Positions 26,201-38,547 of a DNA stretch of 64,000 bases are shown here, in pieces. This DNA is from Azolla caroliniana (lineage: Eukaryota > Plantae > Polypodiophyta). The stretch spans positions 4,588,001 to 4,652,000 of the forward strand of contig JBHGNT010000001.1 in assembly GCA_043228905.1 (NCBI GenBank), given 5' to 3'. The notes under the pieces were generated by a model. It made no database searches. It was not told where the DNA came from and was given only the letters and a program-made list of their open reading frames with translations. Position 1 is the stretch's first letter. Each line of letters starts with the position of its first letter. A program made the position numbers and the translations under genes.

Positions 26201-29200
26201 AGGAGATGGGAGCCTTTTATTACAAAATCTTTTGAACTGTACAAAATCCTTTCTGCCATCATCAATTCGTATTGAAGCTTTACAGGTAAGTGTTGTGGTG
26301 ATTTGTTGGAATGCTAGTTTTCAAACAATGAAGAACAACTTTCCACCATCACTATCAAGATTTCTATCTTGCATGCTCAAAAACCTTCGTGGTGAGCAGT
26401 TGATTTACATATGAATGAAAGGACTTGTGAAAGAAAATGGTTTGGCAAAGTCTGTGAATCCTGCCGTATGCTAGAAGATCATGTAAATTTGCATGACATC
26501 TTCTCAACATGCAGGCTACGTGATGTTATTACTATTGTGTTTATTCAACAAAGCACCTATCATAGTTTGAATTTTAAGACAACCAAACTATGCTGGTTGA
26601 AGGACACGAAGATTAGTAGTGCTCAAACTATAGAAAATATATTGAGGTAAGAGATGACAGGAATCTAGAACAATAGAATGAAAAATGTACGAATTGACTT
26701 GCCAAGGAGAAGAGAAAAAACACTCCCATGATCACTAATGTTGGGGAATTATTCAGTTAAAAGCATACAATTTCATTTGAATTCCCACAGAATATTTGTT
26801 TGTACCTGTCCTCACTTGTGACTCAACTTGATGAAACACTTCTCTTGTTTTGTGACATGAACTTTCATGTGTCTAGACATTTCTTGCTTAGAACAAGGCA
26901 TATGCCAAATAAATTTGTGATTTGAATTTCAATTGCAAATTACCAACTCTTGTAATTCATGATATGCTTTAAAGTTTTGTCTCCACAGTACAATTTGTAT
27001 TATTATAATGATTCTTGTTTCTTGCAGGCTCTTAAACTTGCTGTGCATAATTACCCAGCAGTAATGACCCAGTATTGGATTCCTATGGCACCCTTGAGGA
27101 CAGGAATTCTTAAAACTAAGATCGGACAAGAGTTAAAGATTGATCAGCATGTGGGACAGTCTCATAACGCCGAGGAGAAAGTAGTGTACACAGCTGTGAA
27201 GGCAAGGAAATGGCTCAAAGTTTCGGGGTTTTACAGATATACTTCGATTAAATCTAAACATGGAATTTTATTGCAGTTACTGAATGAGTTTCTTCGAGCT
27301 GCATCTGGCTCCAGTTTGACCGATGATGCACAGGATGAACCTCTTCTCCAGTCATCACATACATCACTGCAATCATTAATTAATGTAGTAGGAGCCAATG
27401 AAAATATTCCAAATAATGAAATGAATGACACTACAGAGTTCAGCTCCTGGAGTGAATCATTACAAGAATACTTACCTTTCCTTGTAGTACACTCTTCTGC
27501 CCTGGTAATATTGGGAGTTGATTAGATATCTTCCAGTTTCATGATGAGTTGTGTATTGATAAATCACTTGTTTTAGGCAGGTTCGTGCAGAGGCTGTTAC
27601 ATGTTTTGCAGGCTTAACGAATGCTGTATTTTGCTCTCTGCCAGAAAATGAGAAAGAATTTGTCACTTCAGTAGTGGTAAGTTGCTTTCAATGTTTCTTC
27701 TGCTTGCATAGAACAAGTCTGTTCTCTTTCAGAAGGTTTTTACATGAGAGAGCATATTGGTTTTTCCACTATAGCAGGCATAACTTTGGTAACCAGCTAA
27801 AGTTCGCTACTATGTCTACTTTTGGACGCCCTTCTCAAAGTACGGAATTGTACAGAAGGATGATTAAAATCAGAATACCTTTAGACTTCTCAGGGAGACA
27901 AAATGCGAGTCAATTCAAATGATGATTTCATATCAATGCATATATTTATCCACCTAGGTGGAATTGAACATATATTTGCGAGATCTTAAAATAGACTATA
28001 CTAGACTGTCTTTTCCATCTATAGCAGGCATATCTTCCGTCTACACATCAAATTGGTTTCTACATCTAGAATTGTGTGAGGACATACTGTTCTCTTCTAC
28101 TTTAGTATGCATATATTTTGTCTACACATAAACTTAGCTAACATATCTAACTTTGGGCGACCTTCTCAAAATAAGGAATCACATGGAGGGATGACTCATG
28201 ACTCAAGGAGACAACAATGCAAGTAATTAATTCAATGAACGTATATTTGATAGTTCCTAAATTAGATTACTAGAAGTAACTTTTGTAGTAAGGTTTCACT
28301 TAGAGTTTATGTATAGTGTATGGGGCCTATCTCTATGCAACTTATTTTTTGTTTTAAGACAGAATAGCTATGCTTGTTATCACCATCATAGAATTTCTTT
28401 AATCGATATTTCTTAGAATGCTGTCTTCCTATGAACATTCTGGTTCCAGTAACACTTATTTGCATTGAAGCCTACATTTCAGAAAAATACTTACATTTTC
28501 TCATTTATATAGCTGGACTTGGCTATGAGGGACGAAAGCCCAAGCGTGCGCTCAGCAGCATGTAGAGCAATTGGTGTCATTATCAGTTTTCCAACGCTAA
28601 TTGCAAGGTTGGAATGCATGACCTAAGCTTTTAGTCATACATTGAAATTGGGAGAAACGATATTTCAATAGGAATATTTAACTATGATGATGCAGGACTG
28701 ACATCCTAATATCGGCATTGGACATTATTGTACATTCTACTAGGGATACTTCTATCGCTGTATGTAGTTCTTATTCCATAATATCTGAAAACTTGATGGC
28801 ATTATTATTTATATAAATATAATCAATTGGTTGAAGAATTATGTAACTGCTCTCTGTTCATTTGTTTGTGTTATTGTGATCAATTTATGTCTCAAAAGCT
28901 TACAGGTCCGGATTACTGCTTCTTGGGCATTGGCAAACCTTTGTGATGCATTATGGACTCTATCTGAGAAGGAACGACGTAAGAACAAATTTGTGATTGT
29001 ATGCATTCTTGAAATTATTCATAAGAAAAACAGATGACTATGTAGATGTCCGATTATTTGATTGCAGTGGATAGTAATGCATCCTTTCTATTGAGAGAGC
29101 TTGCAGAATGTGCGATGAGACTTGCTAAAGACAATGACAAGGTTGGCTTTTCTGAGAGCTGAAATTTCTATATCAGAAATTATTAGTATATTTTATTTCA

Positions 29201-30819
29201 CAATAAGTTATTATTAGCATAAATTAATTTCTGCATCCACTATCTAGGGTTCATGGGGGCTCTGATGTTTTCATATGAAAGTTAGGAATAAACAGATGTG
29301 CTTTATGTGGTGAAAAAATAAAAGCAGAAGCTGCAGATGTGTGCATTTCAAGTCATAACTGAAGTTTGAACTTTGATTGAATCTTTTCACTTGCTTTGAA
29401 TTGTATTGTACTTTGATAGAAAGTTAAATGGCACAATAAAAGCTTTTTATTTTTTTCAGGTTCGAGCTAATGCTGTTAGAGCTCTTGGCAACCTTGCCAG
29501 GTTCATCGAGTTTGATGGGGGGAACAATGATGCTACAAGGTTGAGTCTGTATGATGTGGGGTCACTTAACAAGCAAGGAGAAGAGCTGAAAGGGATTCCT
29601 GATATGTATCCCTGGCTTGAAAGGGTAGTACAGACGCTTGTGTCATGTGTGACAACTGGAAATGTTAAGGTTTCTTTTCTAAACCATGATCAGATTCTTC
29701 AGTTAACCTCATTGCACAGTTTATTGATGATGATGCTGTATTTGTTTTGCAAAAAGGTCCAATGGAATGTTTGCCATGCTTTGGGGAATCTCTTTCTCAA
29801 CAAATCAATTAAGCTCTCTGAGATGTCATGGTATAACTGTTGTCCTTAACTTTGTTACTATGTTTATATTTTACATTCTTCATAATATTTGATTATTTCC
29901 TAATATGCAGGGTGGCATCTGTGTTTAGTATTTTACTTCTGCTGCTCCGGGACTCCAAAAACTTCAAGATCCGGATACAAGCAGCACTAGCATTAGCTGT
30001 GCCAGAAACTCGTAATGGTGAGGCCAAAATACTGTGAAGAAAATATTCAAAGCAGCTTTTGTGTTTCTTTATTTTTTGTTTTGAACTCACCCTTTAGTTT
30101 GATTAGTATACCCCTGTTTTCATAATTTGATTATGTTTTCTTTTTAGACTATGGAGGATCATATTATGACGTGGTTCAAGCTTTGATCCTCGCTTTGGAT
30201 AGTTTGGATTCAAATGAAGAACTTGCTTCTCCGGTTTTCAAATATGTGAATGCTTTGAGAGACCAGGTAATGACAGTATGTTCTCTCCTCTTGGCACTTT
30301 ATGAGTTCACAACTTACGAGTTTCTTTCTCGCAGCTCACAAACACCTGTCTCCATGTGCTTGCAATGGCATCCATTGAAGACTGTCAAACCTTACAAGAC
30401 TTTTTGCTGAAGGTTAGTCCCAGGGACACTAATTTGCAAAAACATCTCACAATGTTTCATTCAAATGTCTCACAATGTTATTTCTCCAACAGCGTGTATC
30501 TTTCCTGGAGGGATGGTTAAAATCAACCTATGCTGCCATTGCTGCTGCTGATGATGCTGTCTGCCAATCCCTGGAAAATGGAAATACTGAGAGAACTTGT
30601 AAGACTAATTTGAGAATAAGCAAGGTTTACAATGAAAAACCTCCTAGAGAAAGGACATGGTATGCTTTTAGTGATAAAGATCCTCTTGTTTGTAAAGAAG
30701 AGAGTTCAATGAAGAGAAAAGAAGATATGAAATGTGTGGCTGGAAGTTTCATAAATGTGTATAAAGATGGAAGCATCCTATTATTTTTGGAACAGATTTT
30801 AATAAAATTCTCTTCTTGA
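20211..30819 (+). CDS. HEATR6: HEAT/ARM-repeat protein, HEATR6 (DUF4042) family, multi-exon
   Basis: Exon 1 20211-20366 (MKEDSVRSWRLSFSSLR..HVPPEE), exon 2 21450-21554, exon 3 from 22868. Later exons give YRPPHLR, SDSEQSDSDG, VRITASWALANLCD, DKVRANAVRALGNL, GNVKVQWNVCHALGNLF and NFKIRIQAA, all typical of the family. Stop at 30817-30819. Confidence 0.9.
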
Positions 30820-32610
30820 TAACTTCTAGGATACATGTAAAGCTTTTCATTTTCCTTTTCACCATGGTGTTGATCTTCATGTGTTGTAGCCTCTAATTAA
30901 GGGACAATCTTCCTTGACCACTCTGATTTATTTTTATGAAAGGGGCTTGGTGACAATATTTCTTGACCACATCAATTTATCTTTTTGTAAAGAGGATTGG
31001 TAATAGTAAGTTTTATTTTGACGAGGACCATGTATTGAATGTTCATAGAAAGAGTGGCAAAATCTATGGGCAATCTCTATTTTCTGTAAGTGTGTGCTTG
31101 TGGTCAAGAGTATCATAGCATTACTTTGTAAAATATTTGCAACCTTTCAATGCCTTCATGATGATGTCCATTAGTTTCCAAATGGTCTACCATTTCCTAC
31201 CAAGGTGCTTTGTCATACTTTGGCTCTGCTTTTCAAATCAGTCAGTGCTCATCGGAATGTCTTTTGTGTTCAACTTGAAAGTTGTACCCATAGCTACCTA
31301 GGTTCTTCTAGCAATGGTTACAATAAATCCTCTGAAAATTTGCACTTTCCATGTCATTGGCTAGAACTCACTAAATTCTACAATAACTTATTTTGTAGGA
31401 CACTATTAGCTCATGTTAGTCTTCTTATTTTACCCCTTGTTTTCTTCTTGCTTCTTATGCTATTTTATTCTTTTGTCTTCTTGATTCTTCCATCATGTTG
31501 GTCACTATCTTAGTGTCTCAAGCACCATAAATGTAGTCATTAGCGCAATTACCCTTGCTATTATTCATCTCACTCGTCGAGCAATTATGTGCCATCATCA
31601 CATTGCCATTTGGTTCATAGTCCATTGTATAGGTCGTGGGCAGGATCACTCTGTGGTCACTTACTTAGTGTTTTCGTAAAAAACTTGATGATAGGTTTTA
31701 ATTAGGAAACTTGATGATGAAATTATGTTCAAGACAACACATCATAAGAATATTCTACTCTAAAAACAATTTCGGTTATGACTTCATGAGAGTAATTGTA
31801 TCCCTTAATTATCCCCTTTGAAAGTATACGAATGGACCCATAGCTTTCATGTTCTACTCAATTGGTTACCTTCTATGTCAAAAAATATGAAGTCTTTGAC
31901 ACTTTAATAGGAGGAGAACTAGAGAGAAAAACCTTTTAAAAGGTATGTTATTGACAAACATGTTAAGTATACATTAAATTGGGGATTAAGCACATAGTCA
32001 AGTCAATTTATGAAATCAATATGCTTGAAAAATGAATGGGGGAACCATGTTTTACAAGGGGGGAAACCCAAACTTGGCTTATTCTTGTCAATGTAATGTG
32101 TCTAGAAGATATTGCCACACATAAAGAAGCTACAAATATGGGCATCTTGAGTTACAACCATGATTCTAGTGATGCAAGGCCTTTTTATGGCAAAAAGTGG
32201 AGCGACTTTGGGGGAACACGAGGTGGGATACTCCCACATGTTTACGTACACTAAGGTCACATGAACAAATTATTGTGCCGCGATTAAGGTCACGACCTAG
32301 AGCATTGACAAATTAGTGATGGACATGGGAAACCATTAGCTTGTGAGAACCCCGACAAAGAAGAAGAAGAAGAAGAAGAATTCCCCATCACCCCAAAAAC
32401 TATTGCTGACAATACCCCCCCAACAAACGTAAGTGTGGATTTCTTTGGGATGGGGGGCCATTGACGGTAATTTGAGAAGAATTATTTATGTACTGATAGT
32501 GAAGAGAAAAAGGAAGTTCATGCTCTCCTTCTCTGTCACCTAAAGACGAACTAGAAGAGGATGACGAAGGGGAGCTTCTTACCCTGACGATTTCTGCAGT
32601 AAATAAAACC

Positions 32611-35600
32611 ATGCAAAGTGAAATGATCGGGAAGCTAGCAAACGCTCTCAGGTTTTTATCCTGTGTGTCGATGTGTCTATAGATGCATTTGTAGGCGTCT
32701 TGTAATGAGAGTTTGCAGGGTTACTTTTCGGGATAAGGGTTAGATGTTAGATGTTTAGGGTTTAGGGTTTAGGGTTTAGGGTTTAGAGTTAGATGTTAGA
32801 GTTTAGGGTCATGTTAAAGGAATTAGTTCTAATTTTGGAATTTTAGGTCCAGGCTTAGGGTTATAAGAGCTAGTTCTTATCACTTGAAAAGTACAATTAT
32901 GATATCTTCATGTTTAGGATGTGCATCTTTCTCACCTTCAGAATCTTTACGAATATTTCATGTAGATGAAACTGTGTTATGCTGTCAAATAATCTCCTTT
33001 AGAGATCAGTCTAGTGTGTTTCGCTGTAGGTATCATTCTCATATATATTGCATACATAATGTGGTTAAGTTCACACGTGTGAAAACTTATAAGATATGTG
33101 GTATTCTTAAGGATTTTGAATCAACAATCAACAATTTTGTATTCATGTCTTTATAATAGTATATGTTTATGTACGTATGATGATTATCTGCATGCATCTG
33201 TATGATCTGGTATAGTTTTCAGATTTCTCAATCTTTGTTTATTTGTTTTCAGGATAAAACCGAATGGGCGTAAAATAGGGGGTTTCTTCCTCCTTGCAGC
33301 TACGGCGGGCATTGCAGGCAGCGCGTTGGATGATGTTCTAGTATTTCAACAGTGCAGCAAGTAAGTAAAAAAACATGGGAAAACCAATCTGCAAAGTTTT
33401 CACAAAAAAGATCGAAACATAACCCCTTATAATAACGACAATGTCAAAATTATTGTTAATATTCAGAAATCGCAAGTCTAGTTCTGGTAAAATAAAAGAA
33501 TTTCTGTAATTAATGTAGTTTATTTAATGTCAACATGGTTAACCATTTCTCGCCTTCTCTCTTATGAAAGTATCCAAAAGCACTTCCTTATTAAGATTCT
33601 TCTTCAATTCTAAATGCCATGCATTCTCCTATTTCTTGAGATTGTATCACTTCCCATTGAGACCATCACCATGGAAAGGGTTTCCAAGTATGTTCTTATG
33701 TTCAAAAAAACCTGCACATTGTTTTACTAGGATCACATAGGAGGCACGTAAAATTTAGGGTTCTAGATGGATGCAAAATATGAAATGGTTGAATTGGTAA
33801 TAATACTTTGACCGCTGAGGGTGATAATAAAATCTATTTATCTATCTCTCTGGCTGTGGGCTTTGTAGTTTACACCATGGCATCAAAGTCCTAATTTTTA
33901 GAGAACCCAAGTTTGATCCTCACCATGGAACCATCCCACAGATCGTAATCAATCCCCCATGCATGTCAAAATGATACCTATCTATATATCTCATTCAATT
34001 TTGGATCTTGTGAACCATTATAGATAATCATCATCATCATCTTTAGGTGTCACATCCAAATATTGGTTATGCTAGTTCTCTATATGGATGATGTGGTTCT
34101 CTTCTCATGGGATGTCTACAGTCTTCAATGCTTTCTTCGCATTGTTGTGGATTTTTGTACACAGACTGGCCTATCAATAGATGTAGTATGGAAATATGTA
34201 TCCGTCAAAATTAAGCAGCTAGACGTTTACTCGTAGCTCACTTAAAAATTTGAGGCTATTGAATCTGTGAGCTCTTTCAAACACATGAATTGATGTCTCC
34301 ACCAACCATATTTGAGGTGCATGCACTTCCTAGATGGCAGACAAATGTCAAATATAATGCATCATTAATTTAAGCCCTCATTTTCATGATCTTGTAATTG
34401 AGAATGGAGCAAGCAGAGGCCTTGCTAGAGCAGACCACTTTTTACACTATGGTTCAATCAGGAGATTGAGGATAATAAGGAGCACACCACTTTGATGTGA
34501 AGATTTTACAATCGTCAGGCAAGTTTTTTGACCATCAATCACCCAATGCACAAATCTCTCCAAGTTGGACACTCCCACTCTCACTTCCAGAATATATTTA
34601 TGCTCTTTAAATACAGGAGCTAGCGTAAGAAAGATATGGGTTAATTTTGCTTCCATACGACTCCAGACTTGTGAATTACAAGTTCTTGAATACCATAATT
34701 CAAGGGCTTTCTTAATCTCACAACCTAAGCCTTCATGCAGGTCAATTGACAATAAGGGAAACGCACAATCAGTCTTCGCTCTATGGATGATAGAGATTTT
34801 TTGAATAACATAAAAGGAATGGTTTCTCATGATTATAGTCACTTTACTGAATGTGCTAGGAGCATTCTAACTTGTATTTTATGAGATCATTAACAACTAC
34901 TTGCGTATGCTAGAGTTGGTGAACTTATGCACAATTTTTCAGTTTATCTTATAAATAAAAGAAATCCGGTTCCTAATTGCTAGGAAATCATCTCAATGGA
35001 TATGGATTGGAATTGAACTCATAGTTAATGAGATAGTTATCTACTATGATAGTAAAGTGGAATATGGCAATCGTTCTACCTCAGTAGAGGTTCTTTTACG
35101 GACCTTTTTCTTCTGTTATAGTTTTTTGGGGGTTTTCACCTTATATTGTGATTTCTCACCCAAAATAAAGAGGAACATCTTAACCATTTTGCAGAGAAGC
35201 CGTAGAGAAGGCTGCAGCAGATCAAAGAATAAAAGAAATATTGGGTCCAATCAAACGAGGCTGGTGGAATGAAGCAACTATTGGTTTCTCTCAGCAAGGC
35301 CATTCAGTATCCTGCAGCTTTCCTGTATATGGGAAAAAAGGGTCTGCAGAAATCCGGCTCAAAGCAATCAGACAAAAAGGCAAGCACTGAAAGAGCCATT
35401 TTTTGCCAAAACAAATCATGAAAGAAAGAAAAAACGAAAATGTTAAGAATGCGTTCTAGGGTTGGCTATTTGTCAGAAAAATAGGTGCAAAAACAGTTAG
35501 CATGATCTGAACTTGGAATCTAAAGATGTGCTTATGCTGTTAGATGTTGATGATATTATAATTCTTATATTGATAATACAATAGTTCTTTACGTTAATGG

Positions 35601-35826
35601 ATGTGTAAAGATGTGCTTATGCTAATTCTTTATGTTATTGGTATATTTTCTTCTTAGCCTTTCTTGTGATATTACTAGTAATCATATTGAGACTTGTTAT
35701 GTTACAGGTAATCATATTTGGACATACCTATGTAAGTCTGGCCATTGGGAACTCCTTTCCGTTGAAGCATATGTTTATCAACTTGAAAATGGATCAAGAA
35801 GTTTACAGTGCATTACCCTCACCTAG
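32611..35826 (+). CDS. Cytochrome oxidase assembly factor Coa1 family protein (mitochondrial); exons 32611-32651, 33253-33360, 35195-35379, 35708-35826
   Basis: Spliced protein reads ..GFFLLAATAGIAGSALDDVLVFQQCSKEAVEKAAADQRIKEILGPIKRGWWNEATIG..HSVSCSFPVYGKKGSAEIRLKAIR..WELLSVEA, matching the plant Coa1-family pattern I recall. Intron 3 is GC-AG. Start could be 32611 or 32623. Not captured as a recognisable ORF in the track. Confidence 0.8.
32754..32808 (+). repeat. Interstitial telomeric (TTTAGGG)n / telo-box cluster
   Basis: Four perfect TTTAGGG at 32754-32781 plus degenerate copies, in intron 1 of the Coa1-like gene. Confidence 0.9.
34447..34842 (-). mobile_element. Degenerate LINE reverse transcriptase fragment in an intron
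   Basis: Open frame has LLSIDL (similar to LxLDxxKAxD), VIDG (similar to VNG) and HQSGVLLIILNLLIEP (similar to RQGxPLSPxLFxLxxEP), in RT order. Confidence 0.4.
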
Positions 35827-36493
35827 GTAAAGTATTGATTGATGTGTAGATTAATGGATCAAATTTTTTTGTTTAGAATATAGCTCGAGGGAAATTGGTT
35901 TTTAAACCTGTGACACAGGATGCCTGTATTTATGTAGTAAATGCAAACATTTTAATTTTTTAAGACATGGAACTTGGACATCATATTCTGGATGAAACGG
36001 ATGAAGAGAAATGCAACACAACATTCCTGTACCAATTTATCAGTGATCAATAAGGTATTCGCTGAATGGAAGCGATGTTATCATCACTATACATGCGGCA
36101 GGGTTTTCCTAAACGATCATCTTTTTGCAGTCGTTGGTACCAGGAGCATCTTTCGATATGGATTCAGATTGTTCGCATATACTTTGGCAACTCCCAGAAG
36201 TTTTGAACCCACTAACTAAGCATATTCATGTATTCTCATGTCTACCACATACTCGTCTTATCAAGATATGCTTGGTAAAGAATAAAAACTTTTCCAATAT
36301 TTAATGCTTTTATGGTATTTCATAACTTAATGGGAAATTTACCAAATACTCCTCTCCATTTTTTGATATGTTCTCTCTAAAAATTATATTGTGTACGAAT
36401 TCTACGACCATTACAAAACCTAGCTATGATATATTATGTACATCAGAACCCTAAAAGAGTTACACGTTTACTTAAACCTTAAACCAATTACGA

Positions 36494-36815
36494 TGTATAG
36501 TCAAAACTCTATTGTTCAATCTAATTTGCGACAAACTTTTAGTATTAATCATGTCTATTGTTTGATTTCTTGGTGGTCATACTTAAGTTAACTTTTCTCT
36601 CTTCAATGCTCCCCCTCCCATGAGAGTCAACCTAAGATGTTTAGGCATGCATCTGTATAGTCAAAACTCTATTGTTCAATCTAATTTGTGACAAACTTTT
36701 AGTATTAATCATGTCTATTGTTTGATTTCTTGGTGGTCAATACTTCAGTTAACTTTTCTCTCTTCAATGCTCCCCCTCCCATGAGAGTCAAGCTAAGATG
36801 TTTAGGCATGCATCT
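36494..36815. repeat. Recent two-copy tandem duplication, about 160 bp
   Basis: Copies start TGTATAGTCAAAACTC at 36494 and 36654 and differ by a few substitutions and one indel. Confidence 0.95.
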
Positions 36816-38430
36816 AAGGCTGGGCTCATAGTGATGGAACTATGTGCTCTAATGTAGATGTGACAGTATGTTATTGGTGGTTGCTGGATGTGCCAAGCGA
36901 GATTCGAATCTGTCCCACACCCAATTCAAAGGCTGTCTTTTCCTACATACCCTTGGACCTATTGGTTCTTCTGAGAATAATATCTTTTGTACCTTCAGAA
37001 GCTTTGATTTTGTGATCAAAGTGATATAAAGATCGTATAATGGCATATAACCTTCTATTCAAGTTCATATCAATATTCCACTTAGCTTGTTCCTATGATA
37101 TCACCCAATGTTTTATTCAAGTTAGTTTAGTAGTTCGAAATCTATATTGTTGGTGTGCTGAAATTCAACAATTCAATCATGCAATAAGTAACAGAATAAA
37201 AGCTATGAGCTCGTCTCTATAAAATGATGCATGTTGTTCATCTCTCATTAACAAACTTTGCACACATGATGCAGAGAATCTATTGAAGTATACTGCAAAT
37301 AAGTGAACTAGCACCAACTAACAACCTTCATTAGTAATACATTAAACCCTACACTTTCAAAACGTCACTATTTTTCTTTTAGTTTCTATCAAATGCATTT
37401 TTGCTTATTAATATGATATTGCAATGAATCCATGGCTCGTTATGGACAATATGGATGTTAAAAGCAACCAAAAAATTTTAATGATATAATTAATGGTCAT
37501 GTAACCTTAGACAATCAATCGTACCTATGCCCCAAAGAACATGGTTTTTTGGCATTATCTTGTAAGATTTAAGCCGAAAACCTAAAATTGCAATGAATTG
37601 TTTTCAACAATCCAATCACAATAGCATTAATAACTTGTTTTGAAGTTTGAAATTTGCATATGATAAAACATAAAAAGACAATTCTTCCATGATGCAGCAC
37701 AAACTGATGTCTTCTACCTCAATCGATATTGCAATATGAGCAACATAAAATTATATATGTTAACCTATAAGCATGTGCTATATTTATTTCACTTCTCTTT
37801 TGACCATATCCTCTCTCATTTGCAATCGTAGTACATCAACATAAGAGCTATAGCTACCTTTTTACCAACCATGTACTTGAAATAATACCTCCTTAATATA
37901 AAATATTAGATAACCTTCTTCTGTGAACCCCCCCTTCTTTCCTGTTTGGACATATGGAATATATATTAGATGCCCTAAACTTTCTAAACTTCTCTGAAAT
38001 ATGAGTTTGAACTTTGTTCACATTTTAAAAGTCCAATAAACCCGTAGAGACTTTTCCTATTTGGCTTGACACCATTGTTACCGAAACATATATTGGGGTC
38101 GTTCTTGAAAACCTCTTTGCAACAAATGATGCCTAATCTCCTTTCCACCGACTATTCACATTAGTCACACACGCCCGTATGCCCATGGGTAGTCATTTAA
38201 CCTCACTCCAACTAAGGATGCATTCATCTCGTGCTTCTACAACCTCCTCATACATGAATTTCATACAATCTCATACCTTACAATGTTAGTTGTCGAAACC
38301 CTAGCTCCAAGAATGGGTACATTTACACCAAGGATTGTCGATTTCTTGCTACAAGCCTTTCACATTAGGAAAGGTTCAAGAAGCACCCAAATGATGATCT
38401 CTTGCTACCATGGGCTTTTTTCATTTTAAC

Positions 38431-38433
<3 letters not shown>

Positions 38434-38496
<63 letters not shown>
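38434..38496. repeat. (GA)n microsatellite / GAGA element upstream of the DUF3143 gene
   Basis: Perfect GA run ending about 50 bp before the ATG. Confidence 0.95.
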
Positions 38497-38502
<6 letters not shown>

Positions 38503-38547
38503 TTGTGGCTTTTGCACTCTGTGGATAGACTGACGTAGAAAGAAGCC

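Noticed and set aside
29832-29910. U12-type intron suggested by TCCTTAAC
   Set aside because: The motif lies near the donor, and the donor GTATAAC is not the U12 consensus RTATCCTT.
32228-32300. USE-like TCCCACATG suggesting an snRNA or telomerase RNA promoter
   Set aside because: Imperfect match, no correctly spaced TATA and no recognisable RNA downstream.
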